In this document: positions 42,710 through 52,978 of the stretch, piece by piece
Layout of the letters: every line of letters begins with the position of its first letter
How positions within the stretch are numbered: the first letter of the stretch is position 1
Source: a bacterium
GTDB lineage: Bacteria; Zhuqueibacterota; Zhuqueibacteria; Residuimicrobiales; Krinioviventaceae
Reading direction: 5' to 3'
DNA length: 64,000 nt
Assembly: GCA_963674595.2 (NCBI GenBank)
Contig: CAXXFV010000023.1
Span: forward strand, 544,001 to 608,000
Notes under the pieces: generated by a model
The model's input: only the letters and a program-made list of their open reading frames with translations
The model's database searches: none
What the model was told of the DNA's origin: nothing
Position numbers and translations under genes: made by a program

Positions 42710-44503
42710 CTAGTTAGAAAACAAGACACTGAAATTATTAAAATCCAGGATCATTTTTTCTGTGCCGTCAGTAATTTCAAAAATTTTACTTCCCATTGCC
42801 GATTTGACAAAAGGTCCGTCGAATAACGGCCATTTTTCAAAATCTATTTTTTGACCGTTTATCAAACGTTGTTTTTGATATGTGAATTCTAATTTATCAC
42901 CATCGCAATTTGTATAGGAAACCGAAAGGTCATTCAGTTTTATTCCAAGTTTGTTGGCTTTTATTTGGCGTTGAAATGATTCAAAAGAATCGAATTTAGA
43001 TTTCTGAGCAACTTCCATAATCACACCGGTTTTGCGATTGTTTAAAGTCAAACGATAATGGTCTTTTTCTTCGTTCCATTTACCCTTTGTCAAGGTTTTT
43101 ACGGCAAAATAAATACTGTCTGTACTGCAAAAAATCCACCCGGAATCTTTAATTCGTTGTTCAATAATTTTTGAGAAAAAGCCGTTTACATGCCCGTTTT
43201 TTTCCTTTTCAGGAATGTCATATAGTGCTATAATGGTATTTTTGTATTGTAACAGCTCTTCAAAAGGTGAACCTTCAATCCATTTATTCGGGTTTTCATA
43301 GTAGGGGCGCTGACGAACAATATCCTGAACAATTTTATCCGGAGTAGAGTCAAAGTATTTTAAAAGTTGTTCGGCAGAATAGGATGGATTAATAAAAAAA
43401 CATGTGGAACCGTCGTTTTTTGAAACCCATGTCAGGTCCCAGCGATGATTTTCGACAGCGGAAATATCACCATAGGAGGAACACAGGGCATAATCTTTTG
43501 TCACATAATCATATTTCCAAACAGGTGTTTCGCTTGTACAAATGCCTATTCCTTTTCTGGGGGCTTTTGTTTCCCGATGAACGTATGGCTGTTGGCGTGT
43601 TGTTGCAATATTGCCGATTATGGGAACCGGACGAAAACCTTGTACGGCGGCCAGGCCTGAATAAGCGGTTTCCTCAACTTCGGGATGAAACGGCGCCATT
43701 CCAAAAAACAGATAACCAAAAGGGATAGCCACACCACAGTTTAATACAGTGTGGGTCACTTGGTTATATTTTTCACGGCTGTGTGAACCAATCCAGTTTC
43801 CATATAAATATTCCGGGGCCCAATCTGCCAGCAAGAGCTGCATCATCATCCAGGCTTTACGTTTCATTAACGGGTCTTTAGCAAAATCATAAAGGCTCGT
43901 AAAACAGAGATAGTATAAAGAGTGATAGTTGACGGAATCATATTCATACATACCAATCGTTACTGTACGATCGATCCATTGATATATCCAGTTTTCTGCT
44001 TCAGCTTTTGCCTGCAAAGGTGTCATGCCGTCTGCAAAGACAGGTCCGTCCGGCCAGGTTTGACCAAAAAGATAACGAGCTGTCCGGTATTGCAATTTAT
44101 GGTTGTCGGTAAAACCTTTGTCTTTGCCAAAATTTTGAGCCAATCTCAATTTACCTTTTTCTGCAAGTTCGCAGGGTATTTTATTTTCAAGCCTTAACAA
44201 GGCGTCCATTAAAGAATAGGTGTTAAAACATCCCCAATGGGTGCTGTCATCAATGGATTCTTTTAAAAATTCCAGTCCTGTTTCTGCATCAATATCTGAA
44301 TAGAGTTTGGCAACACCGCGATAAATACGGGCCCTGCTGTCGTTTCCGGGCATCCAGCTTTGGCCGGCAATGGCAGACAATACGACTTTTCTTCGCATTT
44401 CATATTGTTCGTAGAAATCTTTGGTGTTTTTATATTGAGCTGAAGAGATGTGTGTTAGTGCTAACAGAAGGAATGTAAAGACTATACAAAAAGTTTTTTT
44501 CAT
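42710..44503 (-). CDS. Secreted hypothetical protein, possibly polysaccharide-lyase-like
   Basis: Signal peptide; helical N-half with 'TDNH' and 'EYDSVNY', beta-rich C-half. Confidence 0.55.
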   Translation of the reverse strand: MKKTFCIVFTFLLLALTHISSAQYKNTKDFYEQYEMRRKVVLSAIAGQSWMPGNDSRARIYRGVAKLYSDIDAETGLEFLKESIDDSTHWGCFNTYSLMDALLRLENKIPCELAEKGKLRLAQNFGKDKGFTDNHKLQYRTARYLFGQTWPDGPVFADGMTPLQAKAEAENWIYQWIDRTVTIGMYEYDSVNYHSLYYLCFTSLYDFAKDPLMKRKAWMMMQLLLADWAPEYLYGNWIGSHSREKYNQVTHTVLNCGVAIPFGYLFFGMAPFHPEVEETAYSGLAAVQGFRPVPIIGNIATTRQQPYVHRETKAPRKGIGICTSETPVWKYDYVTKDYALCSSYGDISAVENHRWDLTWVSKNDGSTCFFINPSYSAEQLLKYFDSTPDKIVQDIVRQRPYYENPNKWIEGSPFEELLQYKNTIIALYDIPEKEKNGHVNGFFSKIIEQRIKDSGWIFCSTDSIYFAVKTLTKGKWNEEKDHYRLTLNNRKTGVIMEVAQKSKFDSFESFQRQIKANKLGIKLNDLSVSYTNCDGDKLEFTYQKQRLINGQKIDFEKWPLFDGPFVKSAMGSKIFEITDGTEKMILDFNNFSVLFSN

Positions 44504-44532
44504 AATTACCTCAATAATTGTCGTTGGTAGAA

Positions 44533-45768
44533 TTATCCTCTGACGGCTTGGAACATGGCAATAATACTTTCGGGTTTAATGTTTGCCATAATGTTGTGGA
44601 CCTGTTGGAAAACAAAACCACCGTTTCGCTGTAAAATTTTCACCTGGTTTTTAACGTGTTTTTTAATTTCATCCGGTGAGGCGCTTGGAAGGACCCTGCC
44701 TGTATCGCAACCGCCGCCCCAAAGTGTTAGACGGTCACCATACTTTTCTTTTAGATGTTGAGATTCCATGCCGGCAGCGCTGATTTGTACGGGATTAACC
44801 ATATCCAACCCTGCATCAATAAGGTCTTCCAAAAGTGGTTCTATGGCGCCACAACTATGCAGTTGTACTTTAACATCTGCCAGTTGTTTTGCCCGCTGCC
44901 ATAATTTTTTATGATAGGGTTTGAAAAATTCCCGATACATGGCCGGCGAGATGAGCGGAGCATTTTGACCGCCAAGATCGTCTCCAAAAAGAATAATATC
45001 TATATATGGACCAACGGCCCCCAACCACTTTTCCAGATTTTTTAAATGAATAGCGTAAAGTTTTTCATTGAATTTATGTATGGCATCCGGATAGAGCCCT
45101 AAATACATCATAAAATTATCAATACGAAACAGGAATTGTGGAATTTCAAACATGTTTCCGCCAAACAGTCCCAATATGGCCCTGTCTGTAGTAGGACGAA
45201 AGTTTTTCACGGTGGTTGTCATTTCAGCGAGCCCCTGATCATCAAGGGGAAGATGCGCTCCCGGATGGGCCACATACGTCCACATACTATGTCCGAGAAT
45301 TTCCTCAAGATCATCAAAATCATCATTCTCAAAGGAACGTTCTGCCAGGGGGAAATGTGTTTGCTCAAAATAGAGACAGCCTTGTTTTTGAATTCCAAGG
45401 ACCATATCATTATCATCCGTTAACAACCAGTCATTGTTTTGTTTGTGCACCCGGATATAGTTTGGAATTTTACAGGGAGTGCCATCAGGCAATACCCATT
45501 CTTTCCAGTCCTTTTCATTTGTTAAAAAAGCCCTGCCCATTTCAATTGTATCGATTCCGAAATAGTCGAGAACAGGCTTTTCAACAATTGCAAGCTGTTG
45601 CACCATATCATAGATATAAATGTCTCCGCTGGATATTCCCAAAGCTTTTTTCAAGTTTGCATAGGCAATTGCCATAATACCGGAAGATCGGTGACCGGAA
45701 AAATCAATCGGCGTTTTATCCGGTTCTTTGTGTGCAATAGCCGCCAGAACACGTTCACGAGAGGTCAT
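44533..45768 (-). CDS. Uroporphyrinogen decarboxylase / MtaA-CmuA methyltransferase family protein
   Basis: 'MTSRERV...H.EPD', 'GDDLG.Q', 'HSCG', 'NPVQ', 'WGGG', 'VHNI'. Confidence 0.88.
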   Translation of the reverse strand: MTSRERVLAAIAHKEPDKTPIDFSGHRSSGIMAIAYANLKKALGISSGDIYIYDMVQQLAIVEKPVLDYFGIDTIEMGRAFLTNEKDWKEWVLPDGTPCKIPNYIRVHKQNNDWLLTDDNDMVLGIQKQGCLYFEQTHFPLAERSFENDDFDDLEEILGHSMWTYVAHPGAHLPLDDQGLAEMTTTVKNFRPTTDRAILGLFGGNMFEIPQFLFRIDNFMMYLGLYPDAIHKFNEKLYAIHLKNLEKWLGAVGPYIDIILFGDDLGGQNAPLISPAMYREFFKPYHKKLWQRAKQLADVKVQLHSCGAIEPLLEDLIDAGLDMVNPVQISAAGMESQHLKEKYGDRLTLWGGGCDTGRVLPSASPDEIKKHVKNQVKILQRNGGFVFQQVHNIMANIKPESIIAMFQAVRG

Positions 45769-45808
45769 TTTGTTCCCATTGGTTTAATAATAGATATTAT
45801 GTTTTTCT

Positions 45809-45837
45809 ATAATAAATAAATGTGATTATAAAGGCAA
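45809..45837 (-). promoter_or_regulatory. Sigma70-type promoter TTGCCT-N17-TATTAT
   Basis: 17-bp spacer upstream of the 45768 start. Confidence 0.5.
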
Positions 45838-45926
45838 GAAGATTTTATGATAGATGAAATTCCCCCGAAATGGATTACTTGAACTGTAAGTGCGGTTCAA
45901 ATCAGTTAATAAAAAATTAATGCTTA

Positions 45927-47606
45927 TTATTCACCAAGTGACACACTGACAACATCCTGAAGGCTGTTTAACGCTGAGCTTAGACGCGCCTGTAACTGTT
46001 CAAGTGTTGTGTAAATACGTTCAGCTTCCTGACGTGACTGGCCGGCCAGATTTCTTACTTCTTCGGCAACAATAGAAAATCCTTTTCCTGCATCACCTGC
46101 TCTTGCTGCTTCTATTGATGCGTTTATAGAGAGAACATTTGTTTGAAAAGATATTTTTTCTATTGATTGCACAATCGGTTTAAATTCCGTTATCAGATGA
46201 TTCAGGTCCAGGTCGTTTTCAAGCAAGTGAGTGACTTCTTTATGCATCTTTTCGGAAGTGTCTTGTTTGCGGGTAATGTTTTCATTTAGCTGTTTGCTTT
46301 GAAAGTGATGACAGTTCTCCGGACGGTTTAGTCCATTAATAATGGCTATGGCCATATCCTGACAATTCCCATAGCCGCAGGCAGCGCAATTTTTAAAATC
46401 ATCTTCATTTTCTTTGCGCAACTGTTTATAGACAGTTTCCAGTCTTTCTTCAGAGATGTTTAATTTTAAATTATTGCCGGAGCGGTCTGTATAGGTTCGT
46501 GAATAAAGCTCTGGTTCCCAAAATTTATCGATAAATGTTTTTACATTTTCCTGAATTAGTTGATCAGCATTTCCATTTACATTGTCAAAATTTTTTAAAT
46601 ACCTGTTTTTAGCAGCTTGATTTCTGTTCTCAATCCGTGTTTCCAATTCATCCATTGTTTTGTCATAACCGTTTGTTCCGGTACCACCGTTGCATCCTTT
46701 TTCACAGTTTAAGCAGTCAATGACAAGGGGAGATATGCCGCGTTTTATGTCCTTATGCAGATTGTCTAAGTAGGGGTAAATCGCTGCCGGCCCTTCTATT
46801 TTTCGTGTTTTTTTTGCAAGTTCCGGAATCCATCTTTTTGCGGTCTCTTTTAGTCCTCCGGGGGTGGAAAATAATACGGCCCGTTCTGCCGGAGGATTGT
46901 CAAAATCAATTGCCGGATATTGGGATAAATGTTTATTCTGTGATGAAAAATAATTTTCCAATGATCGGAGAGTGACATTGTAATCACCATAGCCTGTCGA
47001 TTCAAATTCCCGTTTTTTGGCAATACAGGGTGATATAACAACAACTTTATGGTTTTTTAATTGAGGATAATAATGTTTAGCCATTTTTATTGAATGCAGC
47101 ATCGGGCTGTCGGCCGGAGCAAGATAGGGGAGCAATTCGGGTTTATATAATTCGATATAATTCACTATAGCCGGACAGGGCTGAGCAATTACTGTTTTAG
47201 GCCTGTTTTTCTTGACATGTTCCAGATAGCTTTTAATCGTAAGTTCGGCCCCAAAACTGACATCAAAGACGGCTTCAATCCCTAAACTTTTTAACCAGCC
47301 ATTCAGGTTATAATAGTGGTCGGGAAAATGTGCAGCCGTTGCAGGCGCTACAATAGCGAATATTTTTTTATTTTTAACGTCTGAGATAAAACGGCTAAAA
47401 TCATCCAGGGGAAGCCTTGCTCCCCAGGTACATGCTTCAATACATTGACCACAACCAATACACAAGTCAGGATTTATGGTTACATGATCTCCGCTGCCAT
47501 CATTACAAAATTTTGACGGACACACGGAAATGCAGGAATGGCAATTACGGCATTTTTCTATATCAATTGAAATTATCGGCGAAAGAGTATTCTTAATCTG
47601 TCCCAT
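45927..47606 (-). CDS. [FeFe]-hydrogenase-like sensor: 2x[4Fe-4S] + H-cluster domain + FeS + MCP signalling domain
   Basis: '[11 protein letters not shown]', '[11 protein letters not shown]'; L1 'AQPCPA', L2 'SPCIAKKRE', L3 '[11 protein letters not shown]'; 'CAACGYGNC'; MCP '[34 protein letters not shown]'. Start at ATG 47606 (GGAGG RBS). Confidence 0.9.
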   Translation of the reverse strand: MGQIKNTLSPIISIDIEKCRNCHSCISVCPSKFCNDGSGDHVTINPDLCIGCGQCIEACTWGARLPLDDFSRFISDVKNKKIFAIVAPATAAHFPDHYYNLNGWLKSLGIEAVFDVSFGAELTIKSYLEHVKKNRPKTVIAQPCPAIVNYIELYKPELLPYLAPADSPMLHSIKMAKHYYPQLKNHKVVVISPCIAKKREFESTGYGDYNVTLRSLENYFSSQNKHLSQYPAIDFDNPPAERAVLFSTPGGLKETAKRWIPELAKKTRKIEGPAAIYPYLDNLHKDIKRGISPLVIDCLNCEKGCNGGTGTNGYDKTMDELETRIENRNQAAKNRYLKNFDNVNGNADQLIQENVKTFIDKFWEPELYSRTYTDRSGNNLKLNISEERLETVYKQLRKENEDDFKNCAACGYGNCQDMAIAIINGLNRPENCHHFQSKQLNENITRKQDTSEKMHKEVTHLLENDLDLNHLITEFKPIVQSIEKISFQTNVLSINASIEAARAGDAGKGFSIVAEEVRNLAGQSRQEAERIYTTLEQLQARLSSALNSLQDVVSVSLGE

Positions 47607-47812
47607 CACAACCTCCACACTACCTTATTCTGTTTCATTTTCTGCTGGGTGATTTATGCCACAGTAAGTATAGTCTATTTTGTTATATGTATGGTTATTA
47701 AATACAATTAAAATATATGGTTAGTTTTGTATTGTATTGTAACCGTTCATTTCAGTTTATGGTAGAAGCAATAATTATTCCGGGATTTTGTCAAGGGCGG
47801 GAAATATTTTGA

Positions 47813-47853
47813 ATGGAGCTGCATTATTTTTAAAAAGGGAGGATGCAGCTCCA
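47813..47853 (-). terminator. Hairpin downstream of the DUF5684-like gene
   Basis: atggagctgcat ... atgcagctccat 12-bp inverted repeat. Confidence 0.6.
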
Positions 47854-47865
47854 TAAAATTACAAA

Positions 47866-48210
47866 TTAACCTTTATACTTGGCGTCTGAAAAAGCCAGAA
47901 TCGGATAGAAAATAATACTCAGAAAAAATAAACCCAAACCGAATCCGGTGCCTTTTCCAAAACGTTTTGCAATGTCAAGGCTTACAAGTAAAAGAATAAC
48001 AATGTTAACAATTGGAATAAAATAAAGGATGAGCCACCAGGCCGGTCTTTTGGCGATGACGAGCATCAGGTAAATGTTGTAGATAGGAATGATACAACCC
48101 CAGCCCGGTTGTTTTGCTTTGGTGAACACTTTCCACAGGGAAACAATCATAATAACAGCAATTATTAAGTAAATAATGCCTGTTGATGCAAAAATTCCCT
48201 CGTTTTCCAT
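47866..48210 (-). CDS. DUF5684-like small membrane protein
   Basis: 'LWKVFTKAKQPGWGCIIPIYN...FGKGTGF...YPILAF'. Confidence 0.8.
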   Translation of the reverse strand: MENEGIFASTGIIYLIIAVIMIVSLWKVFTKAKQPGWGCIIPIYNIYLMLVIAKRPAWWLILYFIPIVNIVILLLVSLDIAKRFGKGTGFGLGLFFLSIIFYPILAFSDAKYKG

Positions 48211-48315
48211 AATGTTACCTCCGGTTAATTAAACAAAAATTTAGGGTAATTATTTTATGTGGATGAACTGGAATTTAGACATATTTGGATGTAAATAAAA
48301 GTTTGCCTTTTACAA

Positions 48316-49029
48316 TCAGGATTTTATGATAATAGAAAGTGTATCTGCTTTTAAATGAATATACTCAAATAAAACCTTTATAAAAAGAACTATTCCCAAC
48401 ATTTCTAACGTTTCTTCAACTGTATAAAATATAATATATAATAAATGTCTGTTATGTTCGGAACAGCCAAATAAAAACGCACAATATTCCAGGCCTAATG
48501 CGCCGGATAAATAGACGACCATTGCTAACAGTAAATTACGTTGGATTTTTTTATCAAGTCTGGTGAAAAATTTAAAATAAATAGCTATTATAAAAATAAT
48601 TACCAGCGCATAGGGAACCGTCCATGCGTAAATAAACCTTACTGGTTGGCCTAGAGAGTTTTTAAGAAATACGCCAATTTGTTCATGAAAAAACATAGAT
48701 TCATCCAGGGCCAAAAAGGTAAATACCAGTGCCAACGCTGCCCAATGTGTTTTTTCGTATAACGTGTTATTTTTATCAAATGAAATAATTACCAACAATA
48801 ATCCGCAAAACAGTAGAGAAAAGGATGAAAAAAAGGTTGGAATGTTGTATTCTTTATCAAAATTGAAAAGAGGAACAATTCCATGGACAGAATCATGGCC
48901 GCAATATAAAATTGAAATACTTGCCATTAGATTTGCTAAAAAGAGCAAGGCAATTATGAACAAAAAGAATTTTATAATATCCGTCGCTTTAATTGAGATC
49001 TGCATAAAGTTCCTGTTTTCTTTTATCAA
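48316..49029 (-). CDS. Hypothetical multi-TM membrane protein
   Basis: 'EYNIPTFFS', 'LALDE...HE', 'EETLEMLG'; about 6 TM. Confidence 0.7.
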   Translation of the reverse strand: MIKENRNFMQISIKATDIIKFFLFIIALLFLANLMASISILYCGHDSVHGIVPLFNFDKEYNIPTFFSSFSLLFCGLLLVIISFDKNNTLYEKTHWAALALVFTFLALDESMFFHEQIGVFLKNSLGQPVRFIYAWTVPYALVIIFIIAIYFKFFTRLDKKIQRNLLLAMVVYLSGALGLEYCAFLFGCSEHNRHLLYIIFYTVEETLEMLGIVLFIKVLFEYIHLKADTLSIIIKS

Positions 49030-49372
49030 TGTTTAATAATAATTTTGTATAAAAAAAGTAATGATAATAAATAAAGGTGGGTGGTTCTCTTAATATAAAT
49101 ATGTCATATTTTCTTTGGCAAACTGAAATTTTTGTTAAAATAGACTATTAAATATAATATTATTATCTGTAAAATAAAAGAGTTTTTATGGTTTTTGTGT
49201 TGAAAGAAAAATATAAACAGTCTGTTATGGTGTTTTTTAGCATTGCACTCACTTGGTACTAACAATGACCCTGTTTTTGAAAAAAGTCTTTTGTCATTAC
49301 AAAAAAATACGGTAAATTATTAGTCAAGTTTTAGAAAATAATCAATTCTGGAAAAAAGTAATTGAGGGAAAA

Positions 49373-51277
49373 ATGAAACCGGAACATGTTAAAAAAATTC
49401 TTGAAAAAATACAAAATGTGGACATAACCGTTTATGGTGATTTTTGTATTGATGCCTATTGGATATTGGATCCGCGTGGCTCGGAAGTTTCAATAGAAAC
49501 CGGTTTGCAGGCCGATGCTGTTGATCACCATTACTATTCCTTAGGCGGTGCATCAAATGTTGTTGCTAATTTGGCCTCTTTAAAACCTGCAAAAATTCAT
49601 GTCATCGGCGTAATTGGAGATGATATATTTGGCAGGGAACTGATCCGGCAATTTAAAGAGTTGGGTGTGGATACAAGCGGCCTTGTTGTTCAAAAGGAAA
49701 ATTTTGATACCTATGCGTTTAATAAACGCTATTTAAATGACAATGAGCAGCCAAGAATTGATTTCGGTTGTTTTAACAAACGCACCCTGGAGACTGACAA
49801 GCTTTTAACAGCCAAACTAAACGATGCGTTGCAGAGATCAGACGTTGTCATCCTGAATCAGCAAATTCCGGAAAGCCTGAACAATCCGGAGTTTATTGAC
49901 GATGTAAATTCACTTTTGGAAAAGTATGATGATAAAATCGTGTTACTGGATTCACGGCATTATGGTGACCGGTTTAAAAATATCTATCGAAAGACCAATG
50001 AATTTGAAGCGGCATTACTCAATGGTGTTGAACATGATTTTGATGATATTATTCCTTTGGATGAATCCAGGCTGCATGCCCAAAAACTGTATGAACAAAG
50101 CCGTAAACCTGTTATTTTAACGCGTGGTGAAAAGGGAATTGTCGTTTATGACAAAAATGGTTTTCATGCCATTCCCGGAATTCAAATGTTCAGTAAAATC
50201 GATACCGTCGGTGCCGGAGATACAACCGTCAGCGCTTTGGCGCTTTGTTTAGCCGCCGGTTGCACATCAGAAGAGGCCGCCTATGTGGCAAATTTTGCGG
50301 CTGGTGTAACTGTTCAAATACTTTACAGAACCGGAACAGCCACCCCTGAAGAAGTATATCAACTTGCCCAGGATGCCGTGTATCTTTATCAACCCGAACT
50401 CGCACAGGACATTCGTCAGGCAAAATACTATAATGGTTCCGAGATTGAAATCTGTATCGATGATCAGCCGGTTGAGTTTGGCCATATAAAACATGCTATT
50501 TTTGATCATGACGGCACCATCAGCACATTGCGTGAAGGATGGGAAGTTGTTATGGAATCCATGATGATTAAAATGATCCTCGGCGAAGCTTATGATGATG
50601 CGGACGAATCTCTCTTTTTTAAAGTGACGGAACGTGTCCGTGATTATATTGACAAATCTGTTGGAATTCAAACGATTTTGCAAATGGAAGCTCTGGTTGG
50701 ATTGGTTAAAGAATTCGGCATTGTTCCCCAGGAACAGATATTGGATAAATTTGGATATAAAAAAATCTATAACGACGAGTTAATGATTTCCGTGAACCAG
50801 CGTATTAAAAAATTAGAGTGTGGTGAGCTAGATATCGGCGACTATACAATGAAAAATGTTGTGAGCTTTTTAAGGGCATTAAAAGATAAAGGTGTAAAAC
50901 TTTATATGGCCAGCGGCACGGACATTGATGATGTGAAAAACGAAGCCCAGGTTTTGGGTTATGCTGATTTGTTTGACGGCGGAATTTATGGTGCGGTTAG
51001 TGATATTCAAAAGTTTTCGAAAAAAATGTTGATCGAAAAGATCATGACCGAGAATAATCTGCATGGGTCGGAATTGGTTGTATTTGGTGACGGACCGGTA
51101 GAAATTCGTGAATGCCGTAAAAGAGACGGCATTGCGGTTGGTATTGCCAGCGATGAACTGAGGCGTTATGGATTAAACAAGGAAAAAAGAACTCGTTTAA
51201 TCAAAGCCGGTGCACATCTTGTCATATCCGATTATACTCAATGTGAGCAATTAATAAAGGTGTTGTTTCCAGTATAG
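49373..51277 (+). CDS. PfkB/RfaE(HldE)-like sugar kinase fused to HAD phosphatase
   Basis: 'GDFCIDAY', 'GGASNV', 'DTVGAGD'; C-terminal 'FDHDGT', 'ASGT', 'FGDGPVE'. Confidence 0.85.
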   Translation: MKPEHVKKILEKIQNVDITVYGDFCIDAYWILDPRGSEVSIETGLQADAVDHHYYSLGGASNVVANLASLKPAKIHVIGVIGDDIFGRELIRQFKELGVDTSGLVVQKENFDTYAFNKRYLNDNEQPRIDFGCFNKRTLETDKLLTAKLNDALQRSDVVILNQQIPESLNNPEFIDDVNSLLEKYDDKIVLLDSRHYGDRFKNIYRKTNEFEAALLNGVEHDFDDIIPLDESRLHAQKLYEQSRKPVILTRGEKGIVVYDKNGFHAIPGIQMFSKIDTVGAGDTTVSALALCLAAGCTSEEAAYVANFAAGVTVQILYRTGTATPEEVYQLAQDAVYLYQPELAQDIRQAKYYNGSEIEICIDDQPVEFGHIKHAIFDHDGTISTLREGWEVVMESMMIKMILGEAYDDADESLFFKVTERVRDYIDKSVGIQTILQMEALVGLVKEFGIVPQEQILDKFGYKKIYNDELMISVNQRIKKLECGELDIGDYTMKNVVSFLRALKDKGVKLYMASGTDIDDVKNEAQVLGYADLFDGGIYGAVSDIQKFSKKMLIEKIMTENNLHGSELVVFGDGPVEIRECRKRDGIAVGIASDELRRYGLNKEKRTRLIKAGAHLVISDYTQCEQLIKVLFPV

Positions 51278-51301
51278 AAAATTTTTATAACAGAATTTTT
51301 A

Positions 51302-51351
51302 AAACCTCTGGATTTGGCGCTTTATCATGCTGGTACCGGAGGTTTTTTTTT
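51302..51351 (+). terminator. Possible rho-independent terminator
   Basis: aaacctctgg ... ccggaggttt followed by a long T-run. Confidence 0.5.
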
Positions 51352-51483
51352 GATATTCTTAAAAACTGAAACATTTTTCATTTTTTGAGTTTGTATTTTA
51401 AAAAACATTCCGCAAAATAGCGGAATAACTTTATATTTTAATAAATGTTTATGTGATATAAATTCTAACAATAAATAAATTTT

Positions 51484-52038
51484 ATGCCGTCTCCTGTTGG
51501 TCATGCTTTAATCGGGGGTTTGATATATCTTTCTCAATACCAGAAAATCGAGCGTGAAAAATATTATATTTTGATATTTACGCTTATTTTTGCTGTACTG
51601 CCGGATATTGATTTTTTATTTGGTTTTTTTATTGGGAACCCAAACGCCTGTCATCACCAGTTTACTCATAGTTTCACATTTGTAATTTTTACGGGATTTG
51701 TCGGGGCCTGGGCCCTGTCTAAAAGAAGTGTTTTGAAATTTCGTTTCTATTCCGTACTTTTTATATTTGCCGGGTGTTCTCACATCCTGGCGGATTTGGT
51801 AGCACTTGATAATAGCTTTCCCTATGGACTGCAAATTTTTTGGCCTTTTACAAAAAATTATTACATCGCACCATTTCACATATTTTCAGATATTACCCGA
51901 AGATCAGATTCCCGACAGTTTTTTTTCAGTTTGTTTAACAAGCATAATTTGGAAGCCGTTGGAATAGAAGTGCTGATTTGTTTGCCGCTATTAGGGCTTT
52001 TATTATTTTATTTAAAGCGAAATAAAAGGTTGTTTTGA
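51484..52038 (+). CDS. Metal-dependent membrane hydrolase (YdjM-like)
   Basis: 'GH', 'LPDID', 'HHQFTHS', 'SHILAD', 'FWP'. Confidence 0.88.
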   Translation: MPSPVGHALIGGLIYLSQYQKIEREKYYILIFTLIFAVLPDIDFLFGFFIGNPNACHHQFTHSFTFVIFTGFVGAWALSKRSVLKFRFYSVLFIFAGCSHILADLVALDNSFPYGLQIFWPFTKNYYIAPFHIFSDITRRSDSRQFFFSLFNKHNLEAVGIEVLICLPLLGLLLFYLKRNKRLF

Positions 52039-52964
52039 AAAACTCTGCTCCATATATCTCTGTTGTTGTGCCTTTGTACAATGAAGTTGAAAACGCCATC
52101 CGTCTTTGGGAGGCGATTGTAACGTCTGTAAAAAGCATGGACAAAACCTATGAGATTATTCTTGTAGACGACGGCAGCACGGACGGCACACGTGATGTTC
52201 TGAGACAGATTGCGCAGGAAAACAAACACGTCAAAATTATTTTATTTCGTGCAAATTTTGGACAATCTGCGGCAATGGCCGCCGGATTTAAAGCAACCCG
52301 AGGAGATGTTGTTGTTGCGCTGGACGGTGACCTGCAAAATGACCCCAAGGATATTCCCCGGCTTGTGGAAAAACTGGAACAGGGATTTGACGTTGTCAGC
52401 GGATGGCGTAAAAACCGGCAGGATAAATTGATCGCCCGTAAAATACCATCCAGGATTGCAAATAAAATTATTTGTTCGGTCACAGACGTGCAGCTTCATG
52501 ATACCGGTTGTTCCTTAAAGGCCTTCCGGGGTGAGATGCTGCGAAAAATTTCATTATACGGAGAAATGCACCGTTTTATTCCTGCCCTGTTTCGTATGCA
52601 TGGCGCAAAAATAGCAGAAATGCCTGTAACGCATCATCCAAGGCTTTTCGGTACATCAAAATATAATATCAGCCGCACGTTTCGTGTCATCATGGACTTG
52701 ACGACCATTCGTCTTTTAATGAGACATTTGGACAATCCGTCTGCCTATTTTGGCATCTTTTCCGGAATTTGTCTGCTGACCGGATTTGCAAGTTTGGCCG
52801 GTATTCTCTATTTTTTGATTATTCTCAACAGTGAAATGGCAGATGTGAATATTCTGGTGACAATGGCGGTTTTATTATTTGCAACATCTGTTCAATTTTT
52901 GTTTTTTGGATTAATCGGCAAGCTAATTGTTTTTAGTGGAAACAAAAGTTTAAATAAAAGCTGA
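52035..52964 (+). CDS. GT2 polyprenol-phosphate glycosyltransferase (ArnC/GtrB-like)
   Basis: 'VVPLYNE', 'VDDGSTD', 'NFGQSAA', 'DGDLQNDP', two C-terminal TM. Confidence 0.92.
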   Translation: MKNSAPYISVVVPLYNEVENAIRLWEAIVTSVKSMDKTYEIILVDDGSTDGTRDVLRQIAQENKHVKIILFRANFGQSAAMAAGFKATRGDVVVALDGDLQNDPKDIPRLVEKLEQGFDVVSGWRKNRQDKLIARKIPSRIANKIICSVTDVQLHDTGCSLKAFRGEMLRKISLYGEMHRFIPALFRMHGAKIAEMPVTHHPRLFGTSKYNISRTFRVIMDLTTIRLLMRHLDNPSAYFGIFSGICLLTGFASLAGILYFLIILNSEMADVNILVTMAVLLFATSVQFLFFGLIGKLIVFSGNKSLNKS

Positions 52965-52978
52965 ATTTAAGGAAAAAA

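Noticed and set aside
44533-45768. hemE (true uroporphyrinogen decarboxylase)
   Set aside because: Lacks the HemE 'RQAGR' motif. It has the HSCG pattern of the broader URO-D/methyltransferase-like family.
17554-45910. Exact 15-mer TTCAAATCAGTTAAT at 17554-17568 and 45896-45910
   Set aside because: An AT-rich 15-mer match is plausible by chance in 64 kb and the contexts are unrelated.
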